A stretch of DNA of 59,820 bases, filler included, from a bacterium (GCA_024278215.1; 3 parts of 3 records of this genome joined end to end with filler, not necessarily neighbours in it); one strand, 5' to 3'; numbered from the whole stretch's first letter, positions 29,032 through 39,930 are shown. Numbers and translations are program-made. The notes: generated from the sequence alone by a model not told the origin.

Positions 29032-29942
29032 CAATCGTCGTCCCCCGTACTGTTCAATATGTCTTCGACAGAGCCGAGCGCCGGCTGAATCTTCAGCGCT
29101 TCCCTCGCCGCCTCCTCCGCCTCTGCATCGCGGTCGAGCTTTTTCAGCGTGCGTGCAAGGAAGCCGTACGCCTGCACATAGGACGGATCAAGTTCTATCG
29201 CCGTCCTGAATTCATCTGCCGCTTCGCCGCCCCTGCCTTCCGCCAGAAGCGTCAGCCCCAGTGTCATGTGTGCCCTCGGGTGGTTCCTGTCTATCTCGAT
29301 AGCGTTCCTGTAAAGCGCCTCCGCGTTTTTCAGGTCTTTCATCGCATAATATGTTTTGCCGAGATTGAACATCGCCCGCGCATAATTGGGATTTAATTCA
29401 ATCGCCTTCTTGAACTGCTCCGCCGCTTCCGCGAACCTGCCACTGAAACGCAACGCATTACCCAGATTGTTTCGCAGGTCGGGATAATCGGGTTTAAGTT
29501 CCACGGCGCGGCTGTATATGCGGATAGCCATATCATGGTTGCGCACATCGCCGCCGTAAATGTTGCCCAATGCAAGCAAAGCTTTAAAGTGATCTGCATC
29601 AAGGGAAATGCAACGCTCGTATTCGTTTATCGCGCTCTCGACCTGCATGTTCTTATAGTAGATGTTGCCGAGTTGATAGTGGAGTTCAGGCACGTGCGGA
29701 TAGTGGCGGATCGTCCTGACAAGTTCTTCGACCGCCTTCTCGTGCTGCCCGCGCGTCGAATATATGAAGGCTTTCCCCTTCATGGATTCTATGTCGAGCT
29801 TTTCGGCGTCGTCGAGGTTCTCTATCTCCACTGTCACAAGACTCAGCAGCCTGTTGCCGCACTCTTTACAATACTTGTGATCGTCTTCGTTTTCTGTTTT
29901 GCAGTATTCGCAGACCTGCATCCCGATATCCGTTCGTTCCAT
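29031..29942 (-). CDS. TPR-repeat protein with N-terminal zinc ribbon
   Basis: CEYC...CKECG followed by several TPR units (HYQLGNIY, NNLGNAL, FNLGKTY). Confidence 0.85.
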   Translation of the reverse strand: MERTDIGMQVCEYCKTENEDDHKYCKECGNRLLSLVTVEIENLDDAEKLDIESMKGKAFIYSTRGQHEKAVEELVRTIRHYPHVPELHYQLGNIYYKNMQVESAINEYERCISLDADHFKALLALGNIYGGDVRNHDMAIRIYSRAVELKPDYPDLRNNLGNALRFSGRFAEAAEQFKKAIELNPNYARAMFNLGKTYYAMKDLKNAEALYRNAIEIDRNHPRAHMTLGLTLLAEGRGGEAADEFRTAIELDPSYVQAYGFLARTLKKLDRDAEAEEAAREALKIQPALGSVEDILNSTGDDD

Positions 29943-30032
29943 CGTCGTAAAACATAAATTATAGCAAAGTGAATGAAGTTATCCAAATTCAACATATTCA
30001 AAAGGCCCGGTTATCGAAACAACTGACAGAAA

Positions 30033-30941
30033 TCAGTCCTCGCTTTTGACATATTTTTCGAGGAACGCGAACATCCGCTTCCGGACTTCAATTGATTGCG
30101 GACTATCGGGCTTGCTTATGACGAAGCCGTGACCTATGCCCTCGCCGCTTACGGCCACGCGCTCGAACACTGTGCCGGCTTCTTTCATCCTGTCCATAAA
30201 TTCATATTGTTGTGAGTTCTCGACTATGCCATCGGGCTCGCTGAAGGAAAGGAAAATCGGAGGTTCCTTTTTTACGTAGTTTATCGGGGAATAAAACTTC
30301 AGATATTCCGCAAACTTTTTATGACTTGATATGCCTGTTTTTTTCTTAAGCTGGAGTTTGAATATAGTTGCTATCGAGCTATTGAAGGTGTTGAAATTCA
30401 TCGGAGGATAAAACAGGACCGCCGCGTCTACCGAAGTGTCCGAGTCTTTCAGCGCTTTGTCGTCCGGCTGGAATCGCGCGTCGTTCGGAGTGAAAGCGAT
30501 CATCGCGGCAAGATAGGCCCCGGCGGACATTCCGATGACTCCGATCCTGTCGGAGTCTATTTTATACACGTCCCTGTGGGCAATCATCCAGGCCAGACCG
30601 GTCTTGACATCTTTGATGCAGTCAGGGAAAGTGCCTCCGTCCTGTATGAGTCGGTAGTTTATGCTGAAAACAGTGTATCCCTCCTGAGCAACAAGGTGGT
30701 AGAAAGGAACCTGGGAGGACCTCAGCTTGTCACCTGTTATGAAACCGCCGCCGTGAATAAACAGTATACCCGGAAAAGGGCCGGAGCCTTCGGGAACATA
30801 CATATCCCCGTAGAGAACGTAACTGCCCGCCTTGCCGAAAACTATATTCTTCGTTACTGTGATTCCGGCATCGGCACTGAAAGCGGAAACACTACATGTG
30901 ATGACAACTACCGCGAATAAAAACAAATAATACTTTTTCAT
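30033..30941 (-). CDS. Secreted alpha/beta-hydrolase (esterase/lipase)
   Basis: Signal peptide, HGGGF oxyanion motif, GMSAG nucleophile elbow, GHGF. Confidence 0.88.
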   Translation of the reverse strand: MKKYYLFLFAVVVITCSVSAFSADAGITVTKNIVFGKAGSYVLYGDMYVPEGSGPFPGILFIHGGGFITGDKLRSSQVPFYHLVAQEGYTVFSINYRLIQDGGTFPDCIKDVKTGLAWMIAHRDVYKIDSDRIGVIGMSAGAYLAAMIAFTPNDARFQPDDKALKDSDTSVDAAVLFYPPMNFNTFNSSIATIFKLQLKKKTGISSHKKFAEYLKFYSPINYVKKEPPIFLSFSEPDGIVENSQQYEFMDRMKEAGTVFERVAVSGEGIGHGFVISKPDSPQSIEVRKRMFAFLEKYVKSED

Positions 30942-31002
30942 AAGCCCTGATTACTCCTCTGAATCATCCCCCCGGTCACGATCCTTCAGATGCTATTTTA
31001 CG

Positions 31003-32358
31003 TCACTTCTTATGCGACACCTTGTTCCAGGCGTCGAGTTCGAGCACCATATTCTCTTTTATTTCTCTGAGTTCCTCGTCAGAGAAATCCGTAAAGTTCA
31101 CAACGATCTGTTCACCCTGCTCGCCGAGTGAAAGAAGGAACTCTTCTTTATCGCCTATCTTACCCGCCTTCTGAGCAATATCGTACAATTCGGTGCCGGG
31201 ATAAGGAGTGGCGAAAAAAATGACTTCCGGCTGCAGGGCAATGGATTTGCAGAAATCTATTGTTTCCCTCACGGTTTCCATCGTCTCTCCGGGCAGTCCG
31301 GCGATAAAGGAGCAATCGGCGCGTCCCATAAGACGTTTCGTCATCAGTATGGATTCCGTCGCCTGTTCGACGGAGACCTTTTTTCTTATATTCTTAAGAA
31401 TCTTCGGGCTGCCGGATTCGATACCGTAAGCGATGTATATGCAGCCTGCTTCGCGCATCTTCAGGATCATTTCTTCGGTCATGAGGTTAGCGCGGCCCGC
31501 GCATCCCCATTCGATGTCGATATTCTCTTGCAACAGAATATCGCAGAAGTCATAAACATTTTTTTTATTGATGATGAAACAGTCGTCGGTGAAATGAAAG
31601 TATTGAATATCGTACTTGCTTTTAAGCAAAATTATTTCGTCGGCGATATTGCGCGCCGACCTGAAGCGATAGCCCGCTCCCATGAAATCGTGATAGCAGT
31701 ATATACATTTGTATGGGCAGCCCCTGCTTGATACCAGGTTCATCGAGCCGGGCGTCCCGGCAGCAGCTCCGCCGTCAACCCACTTGTTCATATTCACCGC
31801 GCCGATTGGATTATTGACATAAGTTTCCATCGGGAAAAGCTCCCAGCGCGGGAAAGGAAGCGTGTCGAGGTCTTTAATTATCCTGCGAGGCGGATTGGCG
31901 ACAGGAGCGCCCGATTCGTCGCGACGCCAGATACCGTCGACTTTCGACATGTCGCCGCCGCCCTCGAGTGTGTCCACGAGATCAAGTATTGTGTTTTCGC
32001 CTTCGCCGATGCACAGGTAGTCGACCGGATTGTTCGCCATGACGACATCAGGCGCTGAAGTGGCGCAGCTGCCGCCGAGTATTACCGGGCGGTCCGGGTG
32101 AATGGTTTTCAGCTTCGCAATCAGCTCTTTGAGCGTTTTATATATCGTTACAATGCCGCCGGTGCCGACGATGTCGTAGTCCGCGTTTTTTATGTAGTCC
32201 TCGAATTCATCGGGCGCCGGCCTCAGCGCGTTTGCATCGTAGACGTCGACTTCGTGACCGGCGTCGAGCAACACGGAAGCGAGATAGCCGAGCCCCGACG
32301 GGAAACAGTTGGGGGGTGCCCATTCCCTTATTACAGGGTGTATAAGAAGTATTTTCAT
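31003..32358 (-). CDS. Cobalamin-binding radical SAM protein
   Basis: N-terminal B12-binding domain (PSGLGYLAS, GEGE), SRGCPYKCIYC, GIESGS, PYPGT. Confidence 0.9.
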   Translation of the reverse strand: MKILLIHPVIREWAPPNCFPSGLGYLASVLLDAGHEVDVYDANALRPAPDEFEDYIKNADYDIVGTGGIVTIYKTLKELIAKLKTIHPDRPVILGGSCATSAPDVVMANNPVDYLCIGEGENTILDLVDTLEGGGDMSKVDGIWRRDESGAPVANPPRRIIKDLDTLPFPRWELFPMETYVNNPIGAVNMNKWVDGGAAAGTPGSMNLVSSRGCPYKCIYCYHDFMGAGYRFRSARNIADEIILLKSKYDIQYFHFTDDCFIINKKNVYDFCDILLQENIDIEWGCAGRANLMTEEMILKMREAGCIYIAYGIESGSPKILKNIRKKVSVEQATESILMTKRLMGRADCSFIAGLPGETMETVRETIDFCKSIALQPEVIFFATPYPGTELYDIAQKAGKIGDKEEFLLSLGEQGEQIVVNFTDFSDEELREIKENMVLELDAWNKVSHKK

Positions 32359-32505
32359 TATGTCTCCTGTCCTGCAATGCGTTATTCCTGGTTTTCACAC
32401 AATATTATTATCGGCACGATCACAAAAAACAAAAGCGGCCGGTTTATGAGAGATGTTTCAAGCGCATAGCCTGCCATACAACCAGAGCCCATACAACTCA
32501 ATACT

Positions 32506-32684
32506 GAGCCAATTGCAAAATTAGGATTCGGCTGCGGTCGACTGCAATCGTCCATAGCTGCGTTGTCGGCACAAAATCATCTTCAACGTACTCGGCGAGT
32601 ACGCCTGCGGGGATTTTACACCTCAGCCTTGCTTCTGAAAAATTTCGTTCGACCTCGCTTCGAACATAATTTTGCAACTGGCTC
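32506..32684 (-). mobile_element. MITE family A, complete copy
   Basis: TIRs GAGCCAATTGCAAAATT / AATTTTGCAACTGGCTC, flanked by TACT on both sides. Confidence 0.9.
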
Positions 32685-32967
32685 TACTGAACTGCGTTTT
32701 TATCCCGGATATTTCACCATCACTACAGTGAAATTGAAAACTAAGGTTTGATTTGCCGATCTCGCTTGCACTTTTCATGAATTCTTGATTAGATGATAGG
32801 GCTTTAAGGGTTTTCGTTCAGGCACTATATGTATTTATAATTGAAATATTCAGGGTATTTGAAACTTTTTTTTTCCTGTCGACTCAATAAACACAGAAGC
32901 ATGAAGTTATAATAATGGAAAAATTGAAACTTAATCGACAAATATTTGCTTTATAACAAAAAAGGAG

Positions 32968-33180
32968 GTGATCGACATGACAGTGGACAGATATCTAAGA
33001 CTTATAGCAGGTTTTTTTATTTTGCTCAGCGTGGTGCTCAGCCAGGTGCATGACGAGCGCTGGCTCTGGTTTACCGCATTTGTAGGGCTGAATCTTTTCC
33101 AGTCGTTTTTTACGAGATGGTGCCCGATGATGTTTATTCTGGAGAAACTCGGCGTGGACAGTTGTGAAAGAAAAGCATAG
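32968..33180 (+). CDS. DUF2892 (YgaP-like) small membrane protein
   Basis: R.IAG, WLWFTAFVGLNLFQS.FT.WCP. Confidence 0.88.
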   Translation: MIDMTVDRYLRLIAGFFILLSVVLSQVHDERWLWFTAFVGLNLFQSFFTRWCPMMFILEKLGVDSCERKA

Positions 33181-33348
33181 CACTAATGGATGAGCTATGC
33201 CGCGACTTTATTTTGCGTCGTGTCAACGATGAGAAGTCGGCACGATATTCAGGAGAACCGCAGTGTTGCCGAATGACGATAGCTTGAATCCGGCGATTGT
33301 TCATTTGACATGGAATCAAAAACAGTGGAAATGAAATGAGGAATTGAT

Positions 33349-36171
33349 ATGAAGATACTAACACGTATTAGCATTAATCATCCCCGGATAGTGGTTTTTG
33401 TGGTGACGGTATTTACGCTCGGGCTGCTTCTCGCGTCAGTGCTTCCATCGCTGTTCCTGAAAACATTTCCATATATGAACACTATAAAGGTAGATACCGA
33501 CCCGGAAAATATGCTGTCCGGCGATGAACCGGCAAGAGTGTACCACAACGCGGAGAAAAAGGAATTCGGACTATGGGATGTGATTGTAGTAGGAGTAGTG
33601 AACGACACGCAGAAAAACGGAGTATTCAATAAGAAGACATTGAGTGATGTATATGATCTGGTGGAATATGCGAAGACGATAAGCTGGAAGGACGCCGACG
33701 GGAAGAAGCAGGGGGTAGTTGAAGTAGATGTAATGGCGCCCTCGACGGTAGACAATATCGAGCAGGCCGGGCCGGGCACAGTCAGATTCGACTGGTTGAT
33801 GCCGCGCGCGCCGAAGACCGAGGCCGAGGCGGAAGCTGTGTGGGAGAAGGCCGCCAGGCTGCCCATGCTGAACGGAACACTTGTGTCGGAGGATGGAACG
33901 GCGCTTGCCGTTTATATCCCGATTACCGCGAAGAATATAAGCTATCGGGTTGCAAAAAAGCTTGAGAAAAAGATAGCGGAATTCGAGGGCGGAGACAAAT
34001 ACTATATTACCGGACTTCCTGTCGCGCAGGACACTTTCGGTGTCGAGATGTTTACGCAGATGGCGATTTCCGCGCCGCTTGCGATGCTTCTTATTTTCAT
34101 CCTGATGTGGTTTTTCTTCAGGAACATTTCGGTTATATTGTCGCCGATGATTGTTGCCATCATGTCGGTGATAAGTACTATGGGACTGCTCGTGATAACC
34201 GGCAACACGATACATATTATGAGCTCCATGATACCGATATTCATCATGCCGATAGCTGTGCTGGATTCAATACATATTATCTCGGATTTCTATGACAAGT
34301 ATCAGAAAACGGGCGACAGGCGAAAGACTATCGTGGCGGTTATGGATGAGTTGTCCGCACCGATGTTTTTTACATCGTTGACGACGATGGCCGGTTTCGG
34401 TTCGCTTGTGATGACGCCGATTCCGCCAGTGCAGACGTTCGGACTTTTCGTCGCTGTCGGTGTGCTGATCGCGTGGGTGGTGACAGTGATGTTCGTACCG
34501 GCGTTCATCATGCTAAAAAGTGAAAAGTCGCTTGCGGGATTCGGCATGTCCCATCATGACGTTAACAAATCGTTGCTGGCTCGCATAATGCACTGGCTGG
34601 GCAGGGGAACATACAATCATGCCAGGCTAATCCTGACGGTAATGCTGTTGATGGGAGTAGTGGCAGTGTACGGCATAACAAAAATCACGATAAACGATAA
34701 TCCGGTTAAATGGTTCTCGAATAAACATAAAATCAGGATTGCCGACAGAGAATTGAACAAGCGTTTTGCCGGTACGTATATGGCATATCTCGAGATCGAA
34801 CCTGAAGACCTTGAAAAGGATCCAGAAAAAGTAATCGCCGGGTTGCGCGGTCTGAATATACCTGAGGCGGAGAGAACTGCGGCGGAAGCGGAAAAACTTA
34901 AAAATTCTGATGGAAATGATTTCATGTCGGGCATAAAAAACTTTGTAGAAAAAGCTGCCGCGGAGCCGTCGGGCGAAGACGCGAAAGCCGGATGGAACGA
35001 TGCTCTGGACTATCTCGATACGCTCGATCCCTATACCGGCGATTTCGACAAGGAAGCTGTTATCGGGCAACTTGCCGCAAAACAACAACCCGAGTTTCAG
35101 AGACTGGCCGCGAAAGCACGTGAACTGAAGGATTTGCCCGCCGAAGATTTTTACGACGACTTATATTCTTTCGCAGACGACGAATCGTTGACTACCGGCT
35201 GGGACAAAGTGCGCGGATACCTCGATGCAGTCGAACTCGAGGGACAGTTCTTTAAGAATCCGGAATCGCTTGCTTATGTTGAAAACCTCCAGAAGTATCT
35301 GCTCGATACCGGACTGGTCGGGAAATCGAATTCACTGGTCGATGTCGTAAAAACCGTATCGCGTGAACTTTACGGCAGCAAAGATGCGTTCAGGATTCCC
35401 GACACACAGGCGGCGGTCGGCCAGACGCTGTTGCAGTATCAGAACAGCCACAGGCCGAACGATCTGTGGAAAATGGTGACGCCGGACTACAGAAAACTGA
35501 ATATCTGGATACAGCTCAAAAGCGGCGACAACAAGGATATGAACGCTCTGGTTAAGGCAGTGGATAAGTATTTCGAGGATAATAAGTCTCCGCTGAAACT
35601 GAATCATAATTGGTTCGGACTTACATATATAAACGTGATATGGCAGGAAAAGATGGTGAAAGGTATGATGAAGGCGTTTCTCGGCAGCTTCGTTATTGTG
35701 CTGATACTGATGGTGATACTCTTCAGGTCGTTCCTGTGGGGACTGCTCTCGATGATACCGCTTACGCTGACCATCGGGATAATATACGGGATGATAGGCC
35801 TTGTCGGTAAGGACTATGATATGCCTGTAGCGGTGTTGTCGTCGCTGACTCTGGGTCTGGCAGTGGATTATGCGATTCACTTCATATCAAGAAGCCGTGA
35901 GATGCGGGAACGATACGACAACTGGCGCGATACGACAGATGCCGTGTTCGGCGAACCGGCACGCGCCATCACAAGGAATGTCATTGTCATAGGTGTCGGT
36001 TTCCTGCCACTGCTTGCCGCGCCGCTTGTGCCCTACAAGACGGTAGGCGTCTTCATATCCGCCATTCTGCTGCTGGCCGGAGCCGCGACACTTCTGATAT
36101 TACCGGCATTGATTAAGGTGATGGAAGGTGTTTTATTCAAGAAAACAAAGAAGGCTGAAAGTAATGAATGA
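33349..36171 (+). CDS. MMPL/RND-family exporter
   Basis: Two MMPL halves (DTDPENML, AVLDSIH, TSLTT.AGF.SL; GLAVDYAIHF). Confidence 0.9.
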   Translation: MKILTRISINHPRIVVFVVTVFTLGLLLASVLPSLFLKTFPYMNTIKVDTDPENMLSGDEPARVYHNAEKKEFGLWDVIVVGVVNDTQKNGVFNKKTLSDVYDLVEYAKTISWKDADGKKQGVVEVDVMAPSTVDNIEQAGPGTVRFDWLMPRAPKTEAEAEAVWEKAARLPMLNGTLVSEDGTALAVYIPITAKNISYRVAKKLEKKIAEFEGGDKYYITGLPVAQDTFGVEMFTQMAISAPLAMLLIFILMWFFFRNISVILSPMIVAIMSVISTMGLLVITGNTIHIMSSMIPIFIMPIAVLDSIHIISDFYDKYQKTGDRRKTIVAVMDELSAPMFFTSLTTMAGFGSLVMTPIPPVQTFGLFVAVGVLIAWVVTVMFVPAFIMLKSEKSLAGFGMSHHDVNKSLLARIMHWLGRGTYNHARLILTVMLLMGVVAVYGITKITINDNPVKWFSNKHKIRIADRELNKRFAGTYMAYLEIEPEDLEKDPEKVIAGLRGLNIPEAERTAAEAEKLKNSDGNDFMSGIKNFVEKAAAEPSGEDAKAGWNDALDYLDTLDPYTGDFDKEAVIGQLAAKQQPEFQRLAAKARELKDLPAEDFYDDLYSFADDESLTTGWDKVRGYLDAVELEGQFFKNPESLAYVENLQKYLLDTGLVGKSNSLVDVVKTVSRELYGSKDAFRIPDTQAAVGQTLLQYQNSHRPNDLWKMVTPDYRKLNIWIQLKSGDNKDMNALVKAVDKYFEDNKSPLKLNHNWFGLTYINVIWQEKMVKGMMKAFLGSFVIVLILMVILFRSFLWGLLSMIPLTLTIGIIYGMIGLVGKDYDMPVAVLSSLTLGLAVDYAIHFISRSREMRERYDNWRDTTDAVFGEPARAITRNVIVIGVGFLPLLAAPLVPYKTVGVFISAILLLAGAATLLILPALIKVMEGVLFKKTKKAESNE

Positions 36172-36313
36172 TTTTGTTATTTATATAGTGAGCCGTCGGT
36201 AAAGGTTTGCTGTACCGCATTCGGCTCCAGTATGAACCGGTTCCGGGTTATTCCGCTTGATCGAATGGGCCGGAATTGCAACAGGCTGAAACTAAAAACA
36301 GAGAACGGGGGTA

Positions 36314-37105
36314 ATGAAAATGAAAAAATTGATAGTGATATTGCTGGTAATGATGTTCGCGGTGCCCGCGCTGGCGATGGAGGTCGACGAGATTGTCGAC
36401 AGGGCAAACACTATGGCTTATTACCAGGGCAAGGACGGCAGGGCGACCGTAAACATGGTGATAACCGACTCGCAGGGGCGCGAGCGAACACGCCAACTCG
36501 TTATCCTGCGCTACGACGAAGGCGAGAAAGAGGATAACGGCAATCAGATGTTCTATGTCTACTTCACACGCCCGGCAGATGTGAACAAGACGGCTTTCCT
36601 CGTCCACAAGTTTCCCGATAAGGATGACGACCGATGGCTCTACCTGCCTGCACTCGATCTGGTGAAACGTATCGCCGCGGGCGACGACCGCACCAGCTTC
36701 GTCGGATCCACTTTCTTCTATGAAGATGTGTCCGGCAGGAGCCCGAATGACGACAAACACGAGCTGGTCGAAACAACCGACAATTATTATGTGCTGAAAA
36801 ATATTCCGAAAAATCCGGGCAACGTCGAGTTCTCTTACTATAAGGTATGGATACATAAATCGACCTTTCTGCCTGTCAAAATCGAGTACTACGACGAAAA
36901 AGGTGAGCCGTATCGCACGTATACCGCCACAAAAGTCGAAAAGATCGACGGATTCACTACTGTGACCCAGGCGACGATGACAGACAAAAGACTCGGCACA
37001 ACAACCTCCATGAGCTATTCCGATGTGAAATATAATGTTGGCGTACCGCCGGATATTTTCACGGAGCGATACCTGCGTAAACCGCCGAGGAAGTATCTGC
37101 GGTAA
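36314..37105 (+). CDS. LolA-like outer-membrane lipoprotein-sorting protein
   Basis: Signal peptide, F..PADV..T.FL, DDRWLYLPAL..VKRI, SFVGS.F.YED. Confidence 0.88.
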   Translation: MKMKKLIVILLVMMFAVPALAMEVDEIVDRANTMAYYQGKDGRATVNMVITDSQGRERTRQLVILRYDEGEKEDNGNQMFYVYFTRPADVNKTAFLVHKFPDKDDDRWLYLPALDLVKRIAAGDDRTSFVGSTFFYEDVSGRSPNDDKHELVETTDNYYVLKNIPKNPGNVEFSYYKVWIHKSTFLPVKIEYYDEKGEPYRTYTATKVEKIDGFTTVTQATMTDKRLGTTTSMSYSDVKYNVGVPPDIFTERYLRKPPRKYLR

Positions 37106-37229
37106 CGCGCTGTTTGAGGAACATCGGGAATCAGTTTCATGCGATCTGGTTTATGTGCATGACCCGGAAATTGCATGTTTTTTCTTACCGCATTGCAGGT
37201 CTGGGAATTAGCATTTAAGAGGTAACAAT

Positions 37230-38684
37230 ATGAAAATGTATGTGAAATGTGTATTCGCGTTGTTGATGATAGTCTTATTGCCGATCATTATATACGCTGA
37301 AGAACCCGCGCTCCCATCGGGGTTGAGCGGCTCGAGCGAGCCCGGCCTTCCTACCGGTCTCGGCGGCCCGGCAGAACCGGGACTGCCCGCGGGGCTCGGC
37401 GGCGGCGAACCGTCGCTTCCCACAGGCATTGGCTCCGGGAGTGTTGAAAACACAAGCATGTTTTTCGACGATGAAGATGCGGGACTTCCGATTACCGGCT
37501 TCTGGGAAGTGCTGCTCGGCACACGAATACAGGATGATCGGTATGAGCAGGAAATGCCGGCGGGCGAGACGCGACTCCAGATGGAATATGAGAAAACGAG
37601 GGGTATATTTACGCTCAATCTTACCGCCGATCTGCTTTATGATGTCGTGCTGAGCGACAAGGAAGTGGACCTCGAGACCGGGCGGGGCGCGTTCGATCTG
37701 CGCGAGGCAAAACTCAATTTCAGTCCGATAGATTCGCTCGATGTGAGCATCGGCAGGCAGACGCTCACATGGGGTACCGGCGACCTTCTGTTCATAAATG
37801 ACCTGTTCCCGAAAGACTGGAATTCTTTCTTCATCGGTAGAAATGATGAATATCTCAAGGCACCTTCCGATGCTGTGAAACTGTCGTTGTTCAATAATCT
37901 GATGAACATAGACTTTGTTTACACTCCGAAATTTGACTCCGACAGGTACATAGACGGGCGAAGGATTTCATATTATAACGCGAACCTCGATAGCCTGGCA
38001 GGCCGCAACGCCGTCGTGCGCGCAAGGGAAATGTACGACTGGTTCAGGGAAGATGAATTCGCCGTCAGGCTTTACAAAAACTTCGGGCCTTATGAATTCG
38101 CGCTCTACGGTTATGACGGCTACTGGAAAAGCCCCAACGGTCAGGACCCTGCAACATGGGACTATATTTTCCCTGAATTATCCGTCTACGGTTTCAGCCT
38201 CAGGGGCCCGTTCCGCACGGGGATAGCCAACATCGAGGCGGGACTCTATAAGAGCCGCGAAGACTCGAGCGGCGACAATATGTTTGTCCGCAACAGCGAG
38301 TTCCGCCTGCTGCTCGGTTACGAGCAGGAACTTAAGAAAAACCTCACAGGCGCGTTTCAGTATTACCTTGAAAATATGCTCGATTACGACGCCTACAAAG
38401 GCAGTATGCCCGCGGGGACAGCGCTCAAAGACGAGTTCCGGCATGTGCTGACATTCCGCATCACCAAACTTATGATGAACCAGAACCTGCAACTGTCGCT
38501 ATTCAATTATTATTCGCCATCCGACACGGACGGATATTTCCGGCCCAAACTGAATTACAAGATCAACGATTTTTACACAGTCGAAACCGGCTTGAATATT
38601 TTCTACGGAAACAGCGATAAAACTTTCTTCGGGCAGTTCGAGGACAACTCGAATATCTACGCTAGCATGAGGTACAGTTACTGA
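37230..38684 (+). CDS. Putative outer-membrane beta-barrel (DUF1302-like) with N-terminal Pro/Gly repeats
   Basis: Signal peptide, four EP.LP.G(L/I) repeats, LREA, GRQ.LTWG.GD, FGQF.DNSN, terminal aromatic residue (RYSY). Confidence 0.7.
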   Translation: MKMYVKCVFALLMIVLLPIIIYAEEPALPSGLSGSSEPGLPTGLGGPAEPGLPAGLGGGEPSLPTGIGSGSVENTSMFFDDEDAGLPITGFWEVLLGTRIQDDRYEQEMPAGETRLQMEYEKTRGIFTLNLTADLLYDVVLSDKEVDLETGRGAFDLREAKLNFSPIDSLDVSIGRQTLTWGTGDLLFINDLFPKDWNSFFIGRNDEYLKAPSDAVKLSLFNNLMNIDFVYTPKFDSDRYIDGRRISYYNANLDSLAGRNAVVRAREMYDWFREDEFAVRLYKNFGPYEFALYGYDGYWKSPNGQDPATWDYIFPELSVYGFSLRGPFRTGIANIEAGLYKSREDSSGDNMFVRNSEFRLLLGYEQELKKNLTGAFQYYLENMLDYDAYKGSMPAGTALKDEFRHVLTFRITKLMMNQNLQLSLFNYYSPSDTDGYFRPKLNYKINDFYTVETGLNIFYGNSDKTFFGQFEDNSNIYASMRYSY

Positions 38685-38740
38685 GTAAAAGGCCTTTGCT
38701 TCACAGTGGCTTAAGCGGTGGGAACAATGAAAAACACAAA

Positions 38741-38774
38741 AAGGGACGTCTCCGAATATTCGGAGACGTCCCTT
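38741..38774. terminator. Perfect 34-bp palindrome between convergent genes
   Basis: AAGGGACGTCTCCGAAT|ATTCGGAGACGTCCCTT; a T-run follows it on the minus strand. Confidence 0.75.
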
Positions 38775-38852
38775 ATATTGAGGGTCAGAGAGCTATATTT
38801 TAACCCGGATATTACCCCGCTTCGTTGGAATAAGCGGGTTGGAAATCCCGGT

Positions 38853-39776
38853 TTATTCCCCGTCTGTAGTGCCTGATTCCGTTGCACTGTCGACATCAGT
38901 TGTTGCGGTTGTTGCGTCGTCGGCAGTTGTGCCGGAATCTGTCGATATTGTCGTAGAAGACTCAAGATCGCCGATACTATTCAACGGGCATTGATCCGGG
39001 TCTTCCTCGCAGAGTTTCTTCATCTCCTGCATTTTGTTTTTCATGTCTTCTTTCTTCTGTTCACATTCTTCGGGGTTCTCTTCGCACCATGCTTTGAACT
39101 CTTCTCTTTTCTGTTGCAGTGCCTCTTTTTTCTGCTGACACTCGTCCGGATTTGTCTCGCACCAGCTTTTGAACTCCTGTGCTTTTTCCCTTATTTTCTC
39201 TTTTTTCGTTGCACATTCATCGGGGTTCTTCTCACACCAATCTTTAAGCTGCTGTGCATTTTTCTTTATCTTTTCTTTCTTCGCGGCGCACTCATCCGGA
39301 TTGCTGCTACACCATTCCTTAAACTCTTTCTTTTTCGCCTGCATCGCCTGTGCTTTTTCTTTTATCTTCTCTTTCTTCGCGGCGCACTCGTCCGGATTTT
39401 CCTCACAGAGGCTCTTCATCTCTTTTGCCTTCTCTTTAATTTTCTCCTTCTGTTTCTCGCATTTTTCCGGGTTTTTCTCGCACATCTTTTTTCTCTTGTC
39501 GACGATATTTTTAATTTTCTCTTTTTTCTGCGCGCATTCCTCCGGATTATCCTCACACCACTGTTTTTTCTCCTTAAGCTTTTCTTTGAATTTCTCGCAT
39601 TTTTCGGGATGATTCTTGCAGATGGCCCCACGACTCCTTATGTTCGGGGCTACTGTCTTGCCGGTAGAGTCTGTCGACTGCGCATTTGCCGTAATCGCAA
39701 CTCCGATAAGCATCACCGCGCAAAAAACAATCGTAAAAAAACATCTGAATCCCGAAACACTCTTTTTGCTTTTCAT
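38853..39776 (-). CDS. Secreted protein with nine CxxxPxxC repeats
   Basis: Signal peptide ending ANA; repeats (W/L/M/I)C-x2-(N/H/D)P-x2-C separated by Lys/Glu-rich helices; Thr/Asp/Ser-rich tail. Start reset to ATG 39776. Confidence 0.8.
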   Translation of the reverse strand: MKSKKSVSGFRCFFTIVFCAVMLIGVAITANAQSTDSTGKTVAPNIRSRGAICKNHPEKCEKFKEKLKEKKQWCEDNPEECAQKKEKIKNIVDKRKKMCEKNPEKCEKQKEKIKEKAKEMKSLCEENPDECAAKKEKIKEKAQAMQAKKKEFKEWCSSNPDECAAKKEKIKKNAQQLKDWCEKNPDECATKKEKIREKAQEFKSWCETNPDECQQKKEALQQKREEFKAWCEENPEECEQKKEDMKNKMQEMKKLCEEDPDQCPLNSIGDLESSTTISTDSGTTADDATTATTDVDSATESGTTDGE

Positions 39777-39930
39777 TTCTCCTGTACCGCCTTTCTGTGA
39801 TCTATACTTGTATTTGATGCGCAACTCGGGCGCAGGTTAAAAGAGGAATAAAAAAAAGTAACAGTCCCCAGGGTAGACCCCGGGAACGACGAAATAGCCG
39901 ACAGCCTTGTTGCTGCTTGGAGTGTTATTA

